IMG/VR virus record: IMGVR_UViG_3300020577_006811
Location: 1 to 64,000 of that record
Length of the DNA: 64,000 nt
Source: a virus
Lineage: Duplodnaviria > Caudoviricetes
Strand: one strand, 5' to 3'
This document shows positions 1-8,597 of the stretch, one piece after another (the stretch's first letter is position 1; each line of letters starts with the position of its first letter). The translations under genes were made by a program, and so were the position numbers. The notes under the pieces were generated by a model, which saw only the letters and a program-made list of their open reading frames with translations, was not told where the DNA came from and did no database searches.

Positions 1-521
1 CGCTCATCGTTGACGCGGCCCACGCCAAACGAAACCGAGCGCGCAATCTCGCGCGCGATATCGGGCACGCGGTCTCGGATCGCAGCGTATGGAGTGTCCA
101 GCTGTACAGCCATCGTCCCGCATGCAATATCGAACCCAACACCGCTGATAGAAATCTGGCCCTCGTAGGCAATGACGCCGCCGACCGGCTGCGCGTAGCC
201 AAGGTGGCCGTCGGCGCACAGCACGCCAGCCACCACGTTGCCGACCTTCATGCAGTTCTTCATCTGCTCAATGGTGCCAGGCTCATGCTCGCCCAGAATG
301 GTCAATGGCGCGTCGGCATACTCGGGCGCCTGCGGTGCGATGGTCGCGCTCAGCGCCTTGGCTTCCGCCTCCACGTGCTCCTCACGCGCCGCCTTGCGAT
401 AACTGCACCAGACGGGCCAGTCTTTGATGCCGTCGGGCCGCATGACGCGGGCGTCCGGGTCTAAGCCGGCGGCAACCGCCATTTCGCGTGCGCGGGTCTC
501 GTATGGGTCGGCTCTACGCAT
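1..521 (-). CDS. rtcB: RtcB-family RNA ligase (N-terminal part, runs off window start)
   Basis: Not in ORF track (no stop in window). Manual translation from ATG at 521 (AGGA RBS) gives ...VLCADGHLGYAQPVGGVIAYEGQISISGVGFDIACGTMAVQLD..., the RtcB DxHxGY/PxGG/VGxDIxCG signature. Confidence 0.9.
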   Translation of the reverse strand, partial: MRRADPYETRAREMAVAAGLDPDARVMRPDGIKDWPVWCSYRKAAREEHVEAEAKALSATIAPQAPEYADAPLTILGEHEPGTIEQMKNCMKVGNVVAGVLCADGHLGYAQPVGGVIAYEGQISISGVGFDIACGTMAVQLDTPYAAIRDRVPDIAREIARSVSFGVGRVNDE

Positions 522-576
522 GGTGTTCCTATCCAGGGACGTAAAAGGTGATAATGGGAAAGCGTTAGGAATTGGT

Positions 577-993
577 CTACCCTTCGGCAACCGGCTTCCA
601 ATCGTACTGAGACACGTTCTGACCATAGACGCCGCCGTAAAAGTACTCTCCCGGCCAGACAAGCGAGCCGCCATAATAGCCGTTGGAATCGTTGCGATAG
701 TCGATAACGATCTCGCCGCGATCTGTGACAATCTTCATGCCGTAGAACGCAAGCACGTCTGAATCGGGGTGAAACGACGATGTGGCCCCATCCGGCATTT
801 CAATGTCCGCGACGGATTGGACGATTGCCGGAAAGCCAAGCGCCGGAAGCTCTACGTGCTCCACCCAAGAGTACGAACAGCAATCAGCATCCACTTTGAC
901 AATCATTTCGCCATCGACCGTCAGAAACCGAAGCGCCTGCCTATCAGCCGCGATCTCAATGCCCTTGATTACCTTTCCAACAAGGGGATTCAT
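577..993 (-). CDS. conserved phage hypothetical protein (CC..W..H / SNGYYGG motifs)
   Basis: ATG 993 with GGAGG RBS just after the upstream stop; DCCSYSWVEH and YRNDSNGYYGG motifs. Confidence 0.7.
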   Translation of the reverse strand: MNPLVGKVIKGIEIAADRQALRFLTVDGEMIVKVDADCCSYSWVEHVELPALGFPAIVQSVADIEMPDGATSSFHPDSDVLAFYGMKIVTDRGEIVIDYRNDSNGYYGGSLVWPGEYFYGGVYGQNVSQYDWKPVAEG

Positions 994-994
994 C

Positions 995-1507
995 TCACAC
1001 CTCCAATACGTCGGTTTCAGCATTCGCGCAGGCGTCAGCTAACGGCCGCAACTCGCGCACCGCGCGGGAGCGCCATATGCACCCTGAGGCGCAGTCCCAG
1101 CTATAATACCAGGGCATGCCATTATCTAAGCGCATGGACCAGACATAGGGTGCGATGATGATGCCGTCGTACCGCTTGGAGAGATCTGCCCAGCGAATAC
1201 GGAAATCGCGCTCCCAACGATGCGTACCGGGCTGGTGGTCCGCCGCCCACTCGCGGTGGAACAGTTTGAGTGCCGCGGCCCCCTGCAGATGCAGTATCTT
1301 GGTGTCGTCGTGAAGCACGACCTCAGTGGGGCATGCGAGATGGCCAAGGCGGAAGTCATTTCCTTCGCACCACGAACGCCAATCGTCATCGCCCTCAACC
1401 GACACCCACAGCCCGGATGGCTTGTCGCCCCGACCACCGAAACCCTCCGGTTGCGGCACGTCCCGCACTTCGGTAAGGTGTGCAGTGCTGTAGTGGATCA
1501 AACGCAT
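995..1507 (-). CDS. phage hypothetical protein, possible ADP-ribosyltransferase-like fold
   Basis: LIHYS, KPSGLWVS, RYDGIII, WDCASGCIW motifs; the fold call is an inference. Confidence 0.65.
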   Translation of the reverse strand: MRLIHYSTAHLTEVRDVPQPEGFGGRGDKPSGLWVSVEGDDDWRSWCEGNDFRLGHLACPTEVVLHDDTKILHLQGAAALKLFHREWAADHQPGTHRWERDFRIRWADLSKRYDGIIIAPYVWSMRLDNGMPWYYSWDCASGCIWRSRAVRELRPLADACANAETDVLEV

Positions 1508-1519
1508 CTCACAATTCCC

Positions 1520-1723
1520 TCATGCCGCTTTCGCGGCCGTTGCACAAATCTCCGCGAGGTAGTCTCGCAAGGGCGCGTTCACCAGCGCTTCGGCAATGAA
1601 CGCCGTTTCGCTCATGCGCACCTTGCCTGCGGCAACGGTAATGACCGTGGGCAGCGCCACCGCGTCAACCGAGCTGATGCCCATCTTGAGGGCGAGATCC
1701 GTGATGGCTTCAATGCGGGTCAT
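1520..1723 (-). CDS. hypothetical protein
   Basis: ATG 1723 with GGGAG RBS, in operon. Confidence 0.55.
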   Translation of the reverse strand: MTRIEAITDLALKMGISSVDAVALPTVITVAAGKVRMSETAFIAEALVNAPLRDYLAEICATAAKAA

Positions 1724-1805
1724 GTCCGTCTCCCTTGCTGATGTGGAGACCGTACTACGCGCCGTAGCGTACGTCAACCGCTGTCAGCAGGAGGCTGTGG
1801 ATCAA

Positions 1806-2030
1806 TCATGGCCGCCCAGGTCGTGCTTTGACTTCCGCAGTCGGCGCCATCTGGTTGATCTCGTCAATTCGGAGAGGCTTGCGCCAATGCGCAGACACAG
1901 CGCGCATTCCAATCAAGCCCGTCATGTCTTCCAGAATGAACGGCTCATCGGTTCCAAGGTTGCGCATGATGCGATCCCGAACCGCTTCCGCATTCCGCCA
2001 TTTCGTCGGGCTCCAACGGAGCACCGGCAC
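1806..2030 (-). CDS. hypothetical protein
   Basis: ORF on the operon strand. Confidence 0.45.
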   Translation of the reverse strand: MPVLRWSPTKWRNAEAVRDRIMRNLGTDEPFILEDMTGLIGMRAVSAHWRKPLRIDEINQMAPTAEVKARPGRP

Positions 2031-2235
2031 CGGCTTGCCGTTGGCTTCCCAAAGCGTGACGCTCAGGTGCCAAAGCGGACGTCCGCCGGCATATCGGGAT
2101 CATTCCATCCCGATATTAACGGTAAGCCCCGCGCTTACCAGCCGATCCATGCGCTTGTGGTGGCCGGGCAGGATCTGCGTTGTTGGATCGTAAACGGGGT
2201 GCTCCAATGCAAAGGTGGCCATCGGTGATCTAAGT

Positions 2236-2700
2236 TCAATCGTCATCGCCGTCGTCCTTTTCAAACTCCGAAAGGTCAGCCTTCCACTTCGCAATGGTGC
2301 CGTCTGGGCCAATCTCCATGATGACGTAGTCGCCATAGCCTTCGCCTTCCGGGCACATCAGGCTAGGCACATAGCCGTCAATCTCGGCAATCACGTTGCG
2401 GTCGGTGTCCAGCAGCGCATAGTCACCATCATCACAGACCTTGTAGTGGATGCTGGCCGTGGTGCCCTGCGGCCAGTTCTCAATGCGGCCGGTATCAAGA
2501 TCAATCGTCGGGCACCAGTTGCCGCCGCCAAGGCTGTCGTTATCCGCAGCCGTCCCCTCGCGGCACGGGATGCGAGAGCCGTTCTCATCCTGCACTCCGT
2601 TGACTTCGCCGTCTTCCCAATAGCGCACGCCGCAGCGGGCGCGCAGGTATTTGACGGGAACGGCCTTCGTTTCCTTCAGGCGTAGAGCGTGCATCGTCAT
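2236..2700 (-). CDS. conserved phage hypothetical protein
   Basis: VRYWED, HYKVCDDG, GYGDYV motifs; GGAG RBS. Confidence 0.8.
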   Translation of the reverse strand: MTMHALRLKETKAVPVKYLRARCGVRYWEDGEVNGVQDENGSRIPCREGTAADNDSLGGGNWCPTIDLDTGRIENWPQGTTASIHYKVCDDGDYALLDTDRNVIAEIDGYVPSLMCPEGEGYGDYVIMEIGPDGTIAKWKADLSEFEKDDGDDD

Positions 2701-2727
2701 CTCCTAACTAGGCTCATAAAGGGGAGT

Positions 2728-3129
2728 TTACGGGAATGCGCGTGCCGCCAGCCGATCTAGCGGGAAGTCTTTATCGGCGGCTTCCTGACATTCTTTCACC
2801 CACTGTTCGCGCTCCTCGTTAGGCGGCGATGGGTACGATGATATCCGCCCATCAGCCGACTCACGTTTGTGAGCAGCGATCCAAGCGTCCCAGCGGTCCT
2901 TCATCAGACGACCAAACAATCGCTTGTGATCTCGCCAATGATCAAGACAGCCGACGCCGCAGAAATGATGTTCTCGGTCAATCGGGGGGCTGATTCCCAT
3001 CAAGGTGTAAAACCCAGAGCCATAACCGGGTTTGCTTTCCGAGTGCAGCACAAGTCGGTAATCTTCTACGTTCGTTCGCGTGCTGAGATCGTTCCCGCAG
3101 CCGTCGCACGTGACCTTTACAAGTTTCAC
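2728..3129 (-). CDS. putative Zn-finger protein
   Basis: GTG start overlapping the upstream TGA; CDGC and HFCGVGC motifs. Confidence 0.65.
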   Translation of the reverse strand: MKLVKVTCDGCGNDLSTRTNVEDYRLVLHSESKPGYGSGFYTLMGISPPIDREHHFCGVGCLDHWRDHKRLFGRLMKDRWDAWIAAHKRESADGRISSYPSPPNEEREQWVKECQEAADKDFPLDRLAARAFP

Positions 3130-3731
3130 GAGGCGCCCTCCAGCGAGCGCCGCAAGGCGGCCACCCACTCCGTGCGCCCTTTTACGCGGTCCACTTCCTT
3201 CTGATGCTCTTCAGCATCGCGGGCAATACGACGTTCCGCTCCCGCAACCTGCGCTGCGTGCCATGCGGCTTCGGTCTGCCGCACCGGCATCTTGTCAAAC
3301 GAGCTTGTCCCGCAGTCAAAATCCAGAGAATCGCGAAGCTGCTCCAGCATGAAGTTCTTCAGTCCAACATGTTCGTCGGTCGGCGGCGTCCACGCCTCCA
3401 CCTTCGCGATCATCGCCTCGTATCGTTCGCGCTCGGCTTTTCGCTTAGCCATCCTCTCGCGCCAATACTCGACGGCTTTTTCGTAATCGGCGTCAACGGC
3501 GCGGGCAATCTCGCGGTCGCTCATCGTCCGAAGATCGGCTAGCCGCGCCTGAGCCGCTGCAAGAGACTTTGCGTGAAAATCGCTTGGCTCAAATGCGTTG
3601 GGAATTTCAGCGTCAATCGGATCGTCGCGCATAGTGATGCAGGCGCCAAACGCACGCGCACATTGCATCGCAAAGTCTTTGAGCTCGGTCACCTTGCCAT
3701 CTTTGACAGCATACGTGTATCCAGTCGACAT
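3126..3731 (-). CDS. conserved phage coiled-coil hypothetical protein
   Basis: N-terminal STGYT...FAMQCARAFGA motif; GGAG RBS. Confidence 0.85.
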   Translation of the reverse strand: MSTGYTYAVKDGKVTELKDFAMQCARAFGACITMRDDPIDAEIPNAFEPSDFHAKSLAAAQARLADLRTMSDREIARAVDADYEKAVEYWRERMAKRKAERERYEAMIAKVEAWTPPTDEHVGLKNFMLEQLRDSLDFDCGTSSFDKMPVRQTEAAWHAAQVAGAERRIARDAEEHQKEVDRVKGRTEWVAALRRSLEGAS

Positions 3732-3751
3732 TGCGTCTCTCCTCTAAATCT

Positions 3752-3943
3752 TCACCCTCTCAACGCCGCGCGGCCGGCGTCCGTGATCACTAGGCGAGAA
3801 TCGTCCGCAGGCCGATCAACCCAGCCCATCTGCTCCAGCTTCACCCGGATCACAGGCGGCACAATGTCGGCGCGTTCTCCGCCCGACCGCCGGCACGCCA
3901 TCGCGATCATGGTCAGCCAGTTCCGTTCTCTGTTGCTCAGCAT
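3752..3943 (-). CDS. small winged-helix-like hypothetical protein
   Basis: LEQMGWV...ITDAGRAAL wing motif. Confidence 0.55.
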   Translation of the reverse strand: MLSNRERNWLTMIAMACRRSGGERADIVPPVIRVKLEQMGWVDRPADDSRLVITDAGRAALRG

Positions 3944-3969
3944 TGGCCCCCGCCTTTCGCTGTTGTTAA

Positions 3970-4176
3970 TCAGTGCCGTTCCCGCGTGCCGTCAGATGCG
4001 GGCAATAACGCGCGGCTTGGTTCGTTGCGGATCGCAATGTACATCTCGTCAAACCTGTTAGCAGCGCGGAAGGTGTACCATTGTGTCAGATCATGGTTCA
4101 CAATGGCCTCTCTCGGAATCAAGCAGCCAAGCCTGCACCTAGCTTTCCAACGGCGGCGTGAAATCCTTTTGCGCAT
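3970..4176 (-). CDS. hypothetical protein
   Basis: ATG overlapping the upstream TGA. Confidence 0.45.
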   Translation of the reverse strand: MRKRISRRRWKARCRLGCLIPREAIVNHDLTQWYTFRAANRFDEMYIAIRNEPSRALLPASDGTRERH

Positions 4177-4289
4177 CAATTCACAGCCTCTGCGTAGCCC
4201 AGCAGCTCGGGCAGGAACGACGCGCCGTAGCAGACGCCAACAACAACCAGCCAAAATATCGCGTCACGGTAGGTCATGGCTAGCTCCTC

Positions 4290-4547
4290 TCAGCGCTCAC
4301 TGCGGTTGCGCAGGAACTGGCGGCAGTCGTGGCGCACCTTTTCCGCATAGGAACCCTGCAGCGTGAACATTTCGCCGAAATCGTTGCAGAGGTCGGAAAG
4401 CTCACCCATCTTGCGGGCCAGAATTTCCAACTCCGCGTCTGTCAGGTGGTCGCCGCGACGATAGACCTCCAGCAAAGTGCTTGGGTGCCGAGGCACAAGG
4501 CCATTAGTTCCGACAGGGCCGAAGCCTGCAAATGCGCGCGGGTCCAT
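4290..4547 (-). CDS. hypothetical protein
   Basis: GGAGG RBS, in operon. Confidence 0.65.
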   Translation of the reverse strand: MDPRAFAGFGPVGTNGLVPRHPSTLLEVYRRGDHLTDAELEILARKMGELSDLCNDFGEMFTLQGSYAEKVRHDCRQFLRNRSER

Positions 4548-4561
4548 AATACGGTCCTCCC

Positions 4562-4879
4562 CTATTCCTTGTGCGCGCGCTCTACCGCGGCGCAGGCCAC
4601 AGAGAACGATTCCGCTTTACCGCTGTCGTGCGTCCAGCCGTTGCGGTAGACGGCCCAGTCCCAAGTCTGCGCATCACCCGCCACGCGGCCAATGATGCAC
4701 TCACCAAGCCAGCCCGCAAACACGCCGGGCCGTTCGCACTCCCAGCGCACCCGTTCGATCTTCTCCATGGCGGCGTAGCGATAGTCCATGCGTTCGTACT
4801 CGCCCATGTCGGACCAGTCGCGGCCGTTAAGTGCGGCCAGATCGCGCGCCAAGGTTTCGGTGCGGTTGGTGTAGGTCAT
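4562..4879 (-). CDS. hypothetical protein
   Basis: GAGG RBS, in operon. Confidence 0.65.
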   Translation of the reverse strand: MTYTNRTETLARDLAALNGRDWSDMGEYERMDYRYAAMEKIERVRWECERPGVFAGWLGECIIGRVAGDAQTWDWAVYRNGWTHDSGKAESFSVACAAVERAHKE

Positions 4880-4886
4880 GACACCC

Positions 4887-5111
4887 TCAATGGTTGGAGG
4901 CGAACGGCGTTTCCGCGTCGCGCCACACGCATCCGGGGATTGTCTCTGCGTTGCGCAGGCGGCGCTGCAATTCCCAGCGGAGTTCGTTGTAGCGCTCGCG
5001 GCGCGTCAGAAACTCGGGGCCGCGCGGGTTCTGCACAAACCTATTCGGGTCGCGCGCCTCCATGGCGTTGATGCGCTCAAGGCGGGCGTAGAGGTTGTCG
5101 GTCGTGTTCAT
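4887..5111 (-). CDS. hypothetical protein
   Basis: In operon, plausible RBS. Confidence 0.55.
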   Translation of the reverse strand: MNTTDNLYARLERINAMEARDPNRFVQNPRGPEFLTRRERYNELRWELQRRLRNAETIPGCVWRDAETPFASNH

Positions 5112-5163
5112 GTCCGCGTCTCCCGTTTCGATACGCAGACGCTACGCTACGGCGCGTATGACG

Positions 5164-5523
5164 TCAAGGAGTTTTCGGGCGCTGCCGCCTAACAGCCTGT
5201 TGATACTTTTCCGCCTCGGTGGGCTCTCGCCAAACGATCTCTGGCTCACGAAGCTCGGCCGCACGCGCGCGGTGTTTCATGCTTTCAGTGACGTTCGCGG
5301 CGTTGATGCCGCCATTCTGACGGCATCCAGTCGAACAAAACTTCGCTAAAGGCTTACCGTCGTCCACCTCCTGCCAAGAGTAGAACCCAACCCACGAGTT
5401 TGACCATGGAGCAAGGGTTCCGCAGATGCAGCAGCAGTGCAGCAGTCGTCCGTCCGAAGTTCGGCGTCGCTGTGGTCCGCGCTCACTGCGATCAAGATCC
5501 ATCACCTTCAATGCGGCTCTCAT
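5164..5523 (-). CDS. putative Zn-finger protein
   Basis: CCICG and FCSTGC motifs; start uncertain. Confidence 0.6.
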   Translation of the reverse strand: MRAALKVMDLDRSERGPQRRRTSDGRLLHCCCICGTLAPWSNSWVGFYSWQEVDDGKPLAKFCSTGCRQNGGINAANVTESMKHRARAAELREPEIVWREPTEAEKYQQAVRRQRPKTP

Positions 5524-5570
5524 GTCTAAAAATCGTAAAATGCCCTTTATGGGCGCAGAAAGGATATTGT

Positions 5571-5918
5571 TCATGCCAGATGTAAAGGCATTCCGCGCCA
5601 CCGCCTTAGGCGAAAACGGCCTTCTAAGAAGGGCCTGTTTTGGCCGTTGCCGCGCAAAATGGTTTCATCGGATTGATCGGGTACGGCTCCAAACAGGCTA
5701 GTTGGAGGGGGAAAGATCATCCAGGCGTACTCAGAACCAAGGTAGGAATCGACAGCCGTTGAAGCCCCTTCCAGCTTAAGCGGCGCCGTTCCGAGCAATG
5801 AAAGAGGGTTGATAATCTTCGCCGGAAGGACGGATACCGGCATCAGACTGCTTGCCCGGACAATTGCCGGTGCGGCAAGGAAACCAAGCGCACCTGTCAG
5901 CAGGCCTCTACGGTTCAT
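5571..5918 (-). CDS. twin-arginine-leader protein carrying a major capsid protein fragment
   Basis: MNRRGLLTGALGFLAAPAIVRASSLMPV leader; LLGTAPLKLEGASTAVDSYLGSEYAW matches MCP 28563-28640 at 11/26 ungapped; AGGAG RBS. Confidence 0.75.
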   Translation of the reverse strand: MNRRGLLTGALGFLAAPAIVRASSLMPVSVLPAKIINPLSLLGTAPLKLEGASTAVDSYLGSEYAWMIFPPPTSLFGAVPDQSDETILRGNGQNRPFLEGRFRLRRWRGMPLHLA

Positions 5919-5928
5919 ACTAGCTCTC

Positions 5929-6138
5929 CTAAGACGCTATGGCGGTGTACGTCGCCACCGCAGCCAAGCCTACGATGCTCGCAAACAGCACCACCATGGC
6001 GACCATGCGAATGTTGGTGCAGACGTTGACGACGTCCCGCTGCTGGCTTGCCGTAGACACCGCCTGCGCGCACAGCATGAACAGCAGCGACCAAAACGCG
6101 GTCAGTCCAAGTAGCATCATCAACTTGGTGGCGGTCAT
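5929..6138 (-). CDS. small two-TM membrane protein
   Basis: Two hydrophobic stretches. Confidence 0.6.
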   Translation of the reverse strand: MTATKLMMLLGLTAFWSLLFMLCAQAVSTASQQRDVVNVCTNIRMVAMVVLFASIVGLAAVATYTAIAS

Positions 6139-6455
6139 ACCGAACCCACCCGAAAGAACGTCGGTATGTCGCCGGAAGCCGCGACCGCGTCCGACGCATT
6201 CGCGACCTCTATGCCAATCTCCTTGAACTTGGTTTTTGATGTCCCGCCAATGTCAACCCACTCAGCGACATGGTTCCCATATTGGTCAAATCCGGAGACC
6301 AACACTGCGCCAGCGCGGCCGGTCTTGTACGGCAGCGGCAGGATCGCGCGAGTTTCCACGGGCAGCACCGACACCGGCATCAGGCTGGAAACCCGGACGA
6401 TGGCAGGGGCGGCAAGCAAGCCAGCAACCCCAGTCAGAAACCCCCTACGGTTCAT
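6135..6455 (-). CDS. twin-arginine-leader protein carrying a fragment of the virion domain found in 30627/32424
   Basis: MNRRGFLTGVAGLLAAPAIVRVSSLMPV leader; VSGFDQYGNHVAE...FKEI resembles VVGYDLYGYPMSE...FKYI; ATGA overlap with the upstream gene. Confidence 0.75.
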   Translation of the reverse strand: MNRRGFLTGVAGLLAAPAIVRVSSLMPVSVLPVETRAILPLPYKTGRAGAVLVSGFDQYGNHVAEWVDIGGTSKTKFKEIGIEVANASDAVAASGDIPTFFRVGSV

Positions 6456-6748
6456 GGCTTCACTTCCCGCGCTTTCAGCATCTCGTCCGCAAGCCGGTAG
6501 CAGGTCTCGGCGACCAACTCGTTGCTCCACCCGCCGTTCGCCCGCGCTGACGCCGAAATCACATGGCCCATGGCCTGCCCAGCCAGCCAATCGCGAATCG
6601 ACATCCCAGTGTGGCCCGGGTCGTGGTAACTGCCGCCGCTTCCGTACCAACGGCCTTGTCCTGGATCAGGAATGGCTGAGGTTGTCGTTTGCGGGACGTA
6701 CTGCGTTGCAGGCCGCGGGAACGCCGGGCCGCCGTCGTGCTGTGTCAT
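6452..6748 (-). CDS. conserved phage protein (DGGPAFP...GMSxRDxxAxxAM family)
   Basis: DGGPAFP and GMSIRDWLAGQAM motifs. Confidence 0.8.
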   Translation of the reverse strand: MTQHDGGPAFPRPATQYVPQTTTSAIPDPGQGRWYGSGGSYHDPGHTGMSIRDWLAGQAMGHVISASARANGGWSNELVAETCYRLADEMLKAREVKP

Positions 6749-6758
6749 CAGTTTTACC

Positions 6759-6941
6759 CTACGTGTTGGTCTTCATCTTCACAAATCCCGCGCGGACGGC
6801 ATCCAATAGCGCTGGACGGATCAGCCCCATGACAACCTCATCAAGGTTGTCACCATGCAAGCCCGTGTTTCTGAGTTCCCTGATCATGCGCCACACCTCA
6901 GACGGTAGTTGCACGACATTTTCCTCAATTCTGCCGGCCAT
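6759..6941 (-). CDS. hypothetical protein
   Basis: GGAG RBS, in operon. Confidence 0.55.
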   Translation of the reverse strand: MAGRIEENVVQLPSEVWRMIRELRNTGLHGDNLDEVVMGLIRPALLDAVRAGFVKMKTNT

Positions 6942-6951
6942 CGTCGCTCCG

Positions 6952-7209
6952 TTACTTTTGATTGACGCGGATAGTGATGCCGCCCGTTTCCGGGTTGGCT
7001 TCCTTGGTCAATGTGGCGTCCGCCGACAAGATCAAATCTAGGTGTGACACCTCAACCTTGCCGCCGCACGCAAGCACCACGGCTGCCAACGCGCGCCGCG
7101 CCTCTACCTCGTGCTGGCGTAGCTTCTCATCCATGATCTGAACCGCACGCGCGCCATCAGAAAGCGCGCGGTCGTAGTCCCGTTCAGCTTGCTCTAGCGT
7201 TCGCATCAC
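6952..7209 (-). CDS. hypothetical protein
   Basis: GGAGG RBS, start overlaps the upstream stop. Confidence 0.65.
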   Translation of the reverse strand: MMRTLEQAERDYDRALSDGARAVQIMDEKLRQHEVEARRALAAVVLACGGKVEVSHLDLILSADATLTKEANPETGGITIRVNQK

Positions 7210-7391
7210 GTCGCCTCCCCTTGCGTCTGCTGCGTTTGGGCTCGCTCCTTTAGCAGCCGGTACGCGTGCGGCTCAGAAATGTTGAACCGCCGCCGCGCGT
7301 CGCGCACCTCTACACCGCTGTCAATGCACCGGAAGAACCGGGCCCGCTCCTTGTCCGTCAGTTTCCCCCTGTCGCGGTCATGCGCTGTCAT
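7206..7391 (-). CDS. small HTH DNA-binding protein
   Basis: VRDARRRFNISEPHAYRLL helix-turn-helix pattern. Confidence 0.6.
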   Translation of the reverse strand: MTAHDRDRGKLTDKERARFFRCIDSGVEVRDARRRFNISEPHAYRLLKERAQTQQTQGEAT

Positions 7392-7414
7392 GGCTTTCTC
7401 TCTCTCATTTACCT

Positions 7415-7942
7415 TCACCAGTATTCCGGAAACCGAAGATCCGGGCCGTATTCCTCCGTCAGGAGTTCGTCGCACAGTTCGGCGTAATATGCCGGGTCTT
7501 CCGTCTTCCAATCTGCCAACGTCATGCATTCGTGGCAGACAAGCTCATCGTCGGGCAGCACATAGTAATCGCTAGGGTCGCATTCATCCCAGTTGCAGCG
7601 CTCGCACGTGCCCATCCAGCCGGCAATGCGATGCGCTTCATTGCGCCCAGTCGTTTCCAGCTTATCGTCTAGGGCCTTGACGCGATGCCCCTCGGGAGCG
7701 CCATAGCATTCGCAGTCCTCTGGCGTGCAGCCTTCGCAAGAGCCGCGCTCGTCCATCCATTCCAGCATCGCGTCGCGAAGCGTCGGCGCGCGCAGCAACT
7801 GCCAGTCTCGGCCACTCTCTGTGCCGATAGCCCACACAGGGTGCAAAACGGGTGGCGCCACAGGCGCGGCAGCCACTGCAGTCGGCACAAGCGGCAATGC
7901 AGCGCCGGCTGCGGCCCCAATTAGAAATTGCCTGCGGTCCAT
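7415..7942 (-). CDS. twin-arginine-leader, Cys-rich protein
   Basis: MDRRQFLIGAAAGAALPLVPTAVAAAP leader; CEGC, CERC and CHEC motifs. Confidence 0.75.
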   Translation of the reverse strand: MDRRQFLIGAAAGAALPLVPTAVAAAPVAPPVLHPVWAIGTESGRDWQLLRAPTLRDAMLEWMDERGSCEGCTPEDCECYGAPEGHRVKALDDKLETTGRNEAHRIAGWMGTCERCNWDECDPSDYYVLPDDELVCHECMTLADWKTEDPAYYAELCDELLTEEYGPDLRFPEYW

Positions 7943-7950
7943 AAGCGCCC

Positions 7951-8106
7951 TCACTTCTTGCCCGCTTCGCGCAAGGCGGCGGCAACTCGTTCCTCAACGT
8001 GCTTGACAAAACACGTTGGATGAAAGGCGTGCCCTGGTTCTCGCAACGGGGTTTCCCAAGACAAGAAGGCAAGCCTGCAATGAGTACAAACTTCGGTCTG
8101 CTGCAT
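7951..8106 (-). CDS. small Zn-binding protein (51 aa)
   Basis: Manual translation MQQTEVCTHC...FHPTCFVKH; CxxC...HxxC. Confidence 0.5.
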   Translation of the reverse strand: MQQTEVCTHCRLAFLSWETPLREPGHAFHPTCFVKHVEERVAAALREAGKK

Positions 8107-8151
8107 TCCGCTTCCTTTCTGCGCCTATAAATGACAATTTACGGGAAAATG

Positions 8152-8394
8152 TCAGTTCGGCTGCGTTCCCGCGCGCATGGTTTCCCGGCCCTCGCCAATA
8201 GCGATGCCCTCATCAACGCCGCGCTCGTACCCAAGCTCGTATGCCTCCTTTGCCAGATCCCGCACGAACTGGCGCCAGTAGTCCTTCTGCGCCTCAGTGT
8301 AGTGCTGGGTGCCGTCCGGCTTCTTCAGCCACTCGCCGCCGTTGTTGCCCTTGGCCGCGCGGATCGCCAGCGCCTCAATCTCTTCGTCGGTCAT
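8152..8394 (-). CDS. hypothetical protein
   Basis: ATG 8394 overlapping the upstream stop. Confidence 0.6.
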   Translation of the reverse strand: MTDEEIEALAIRAAKGNNGGEWLKKPDGTQHYTEAQKDYWRQFVRDLAKEAYELGYERGVDEGIAIGEGRETMRAGTQPN

Positions 8395-8594
8395 GGCTTT
8401 CTCTCCTCGCAATACGCCAGCGGGTACGGCGCCTTCGCATGCCACCCACAAACCTTCCGACCGTCCCGCTTCGTCGTCACACCGTGCCCGCACCGGCCAC
8501 GGTTCACCGTCAAAGCCTCGCACCGACCTTTCCGGTACATGTGCCGGCGGGGTGGCACCCAGAACTCGTCTTCCAACTCGTCAAACTCAGACAC
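8391..8594 (-). CDS. small Cys/His-rich protein
   Basis: RCEA...GRCGH...VCGWH motif. Confidence 0.55.
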   Translation of the reverse strand: MSEFDELEDEFWVPPRRHMYRKGRCEALTVNRGRCGHGVTTKRDGRKVCGWHAKAPYPLAYCEERKP

Positions 8595-8597
8595 GTC

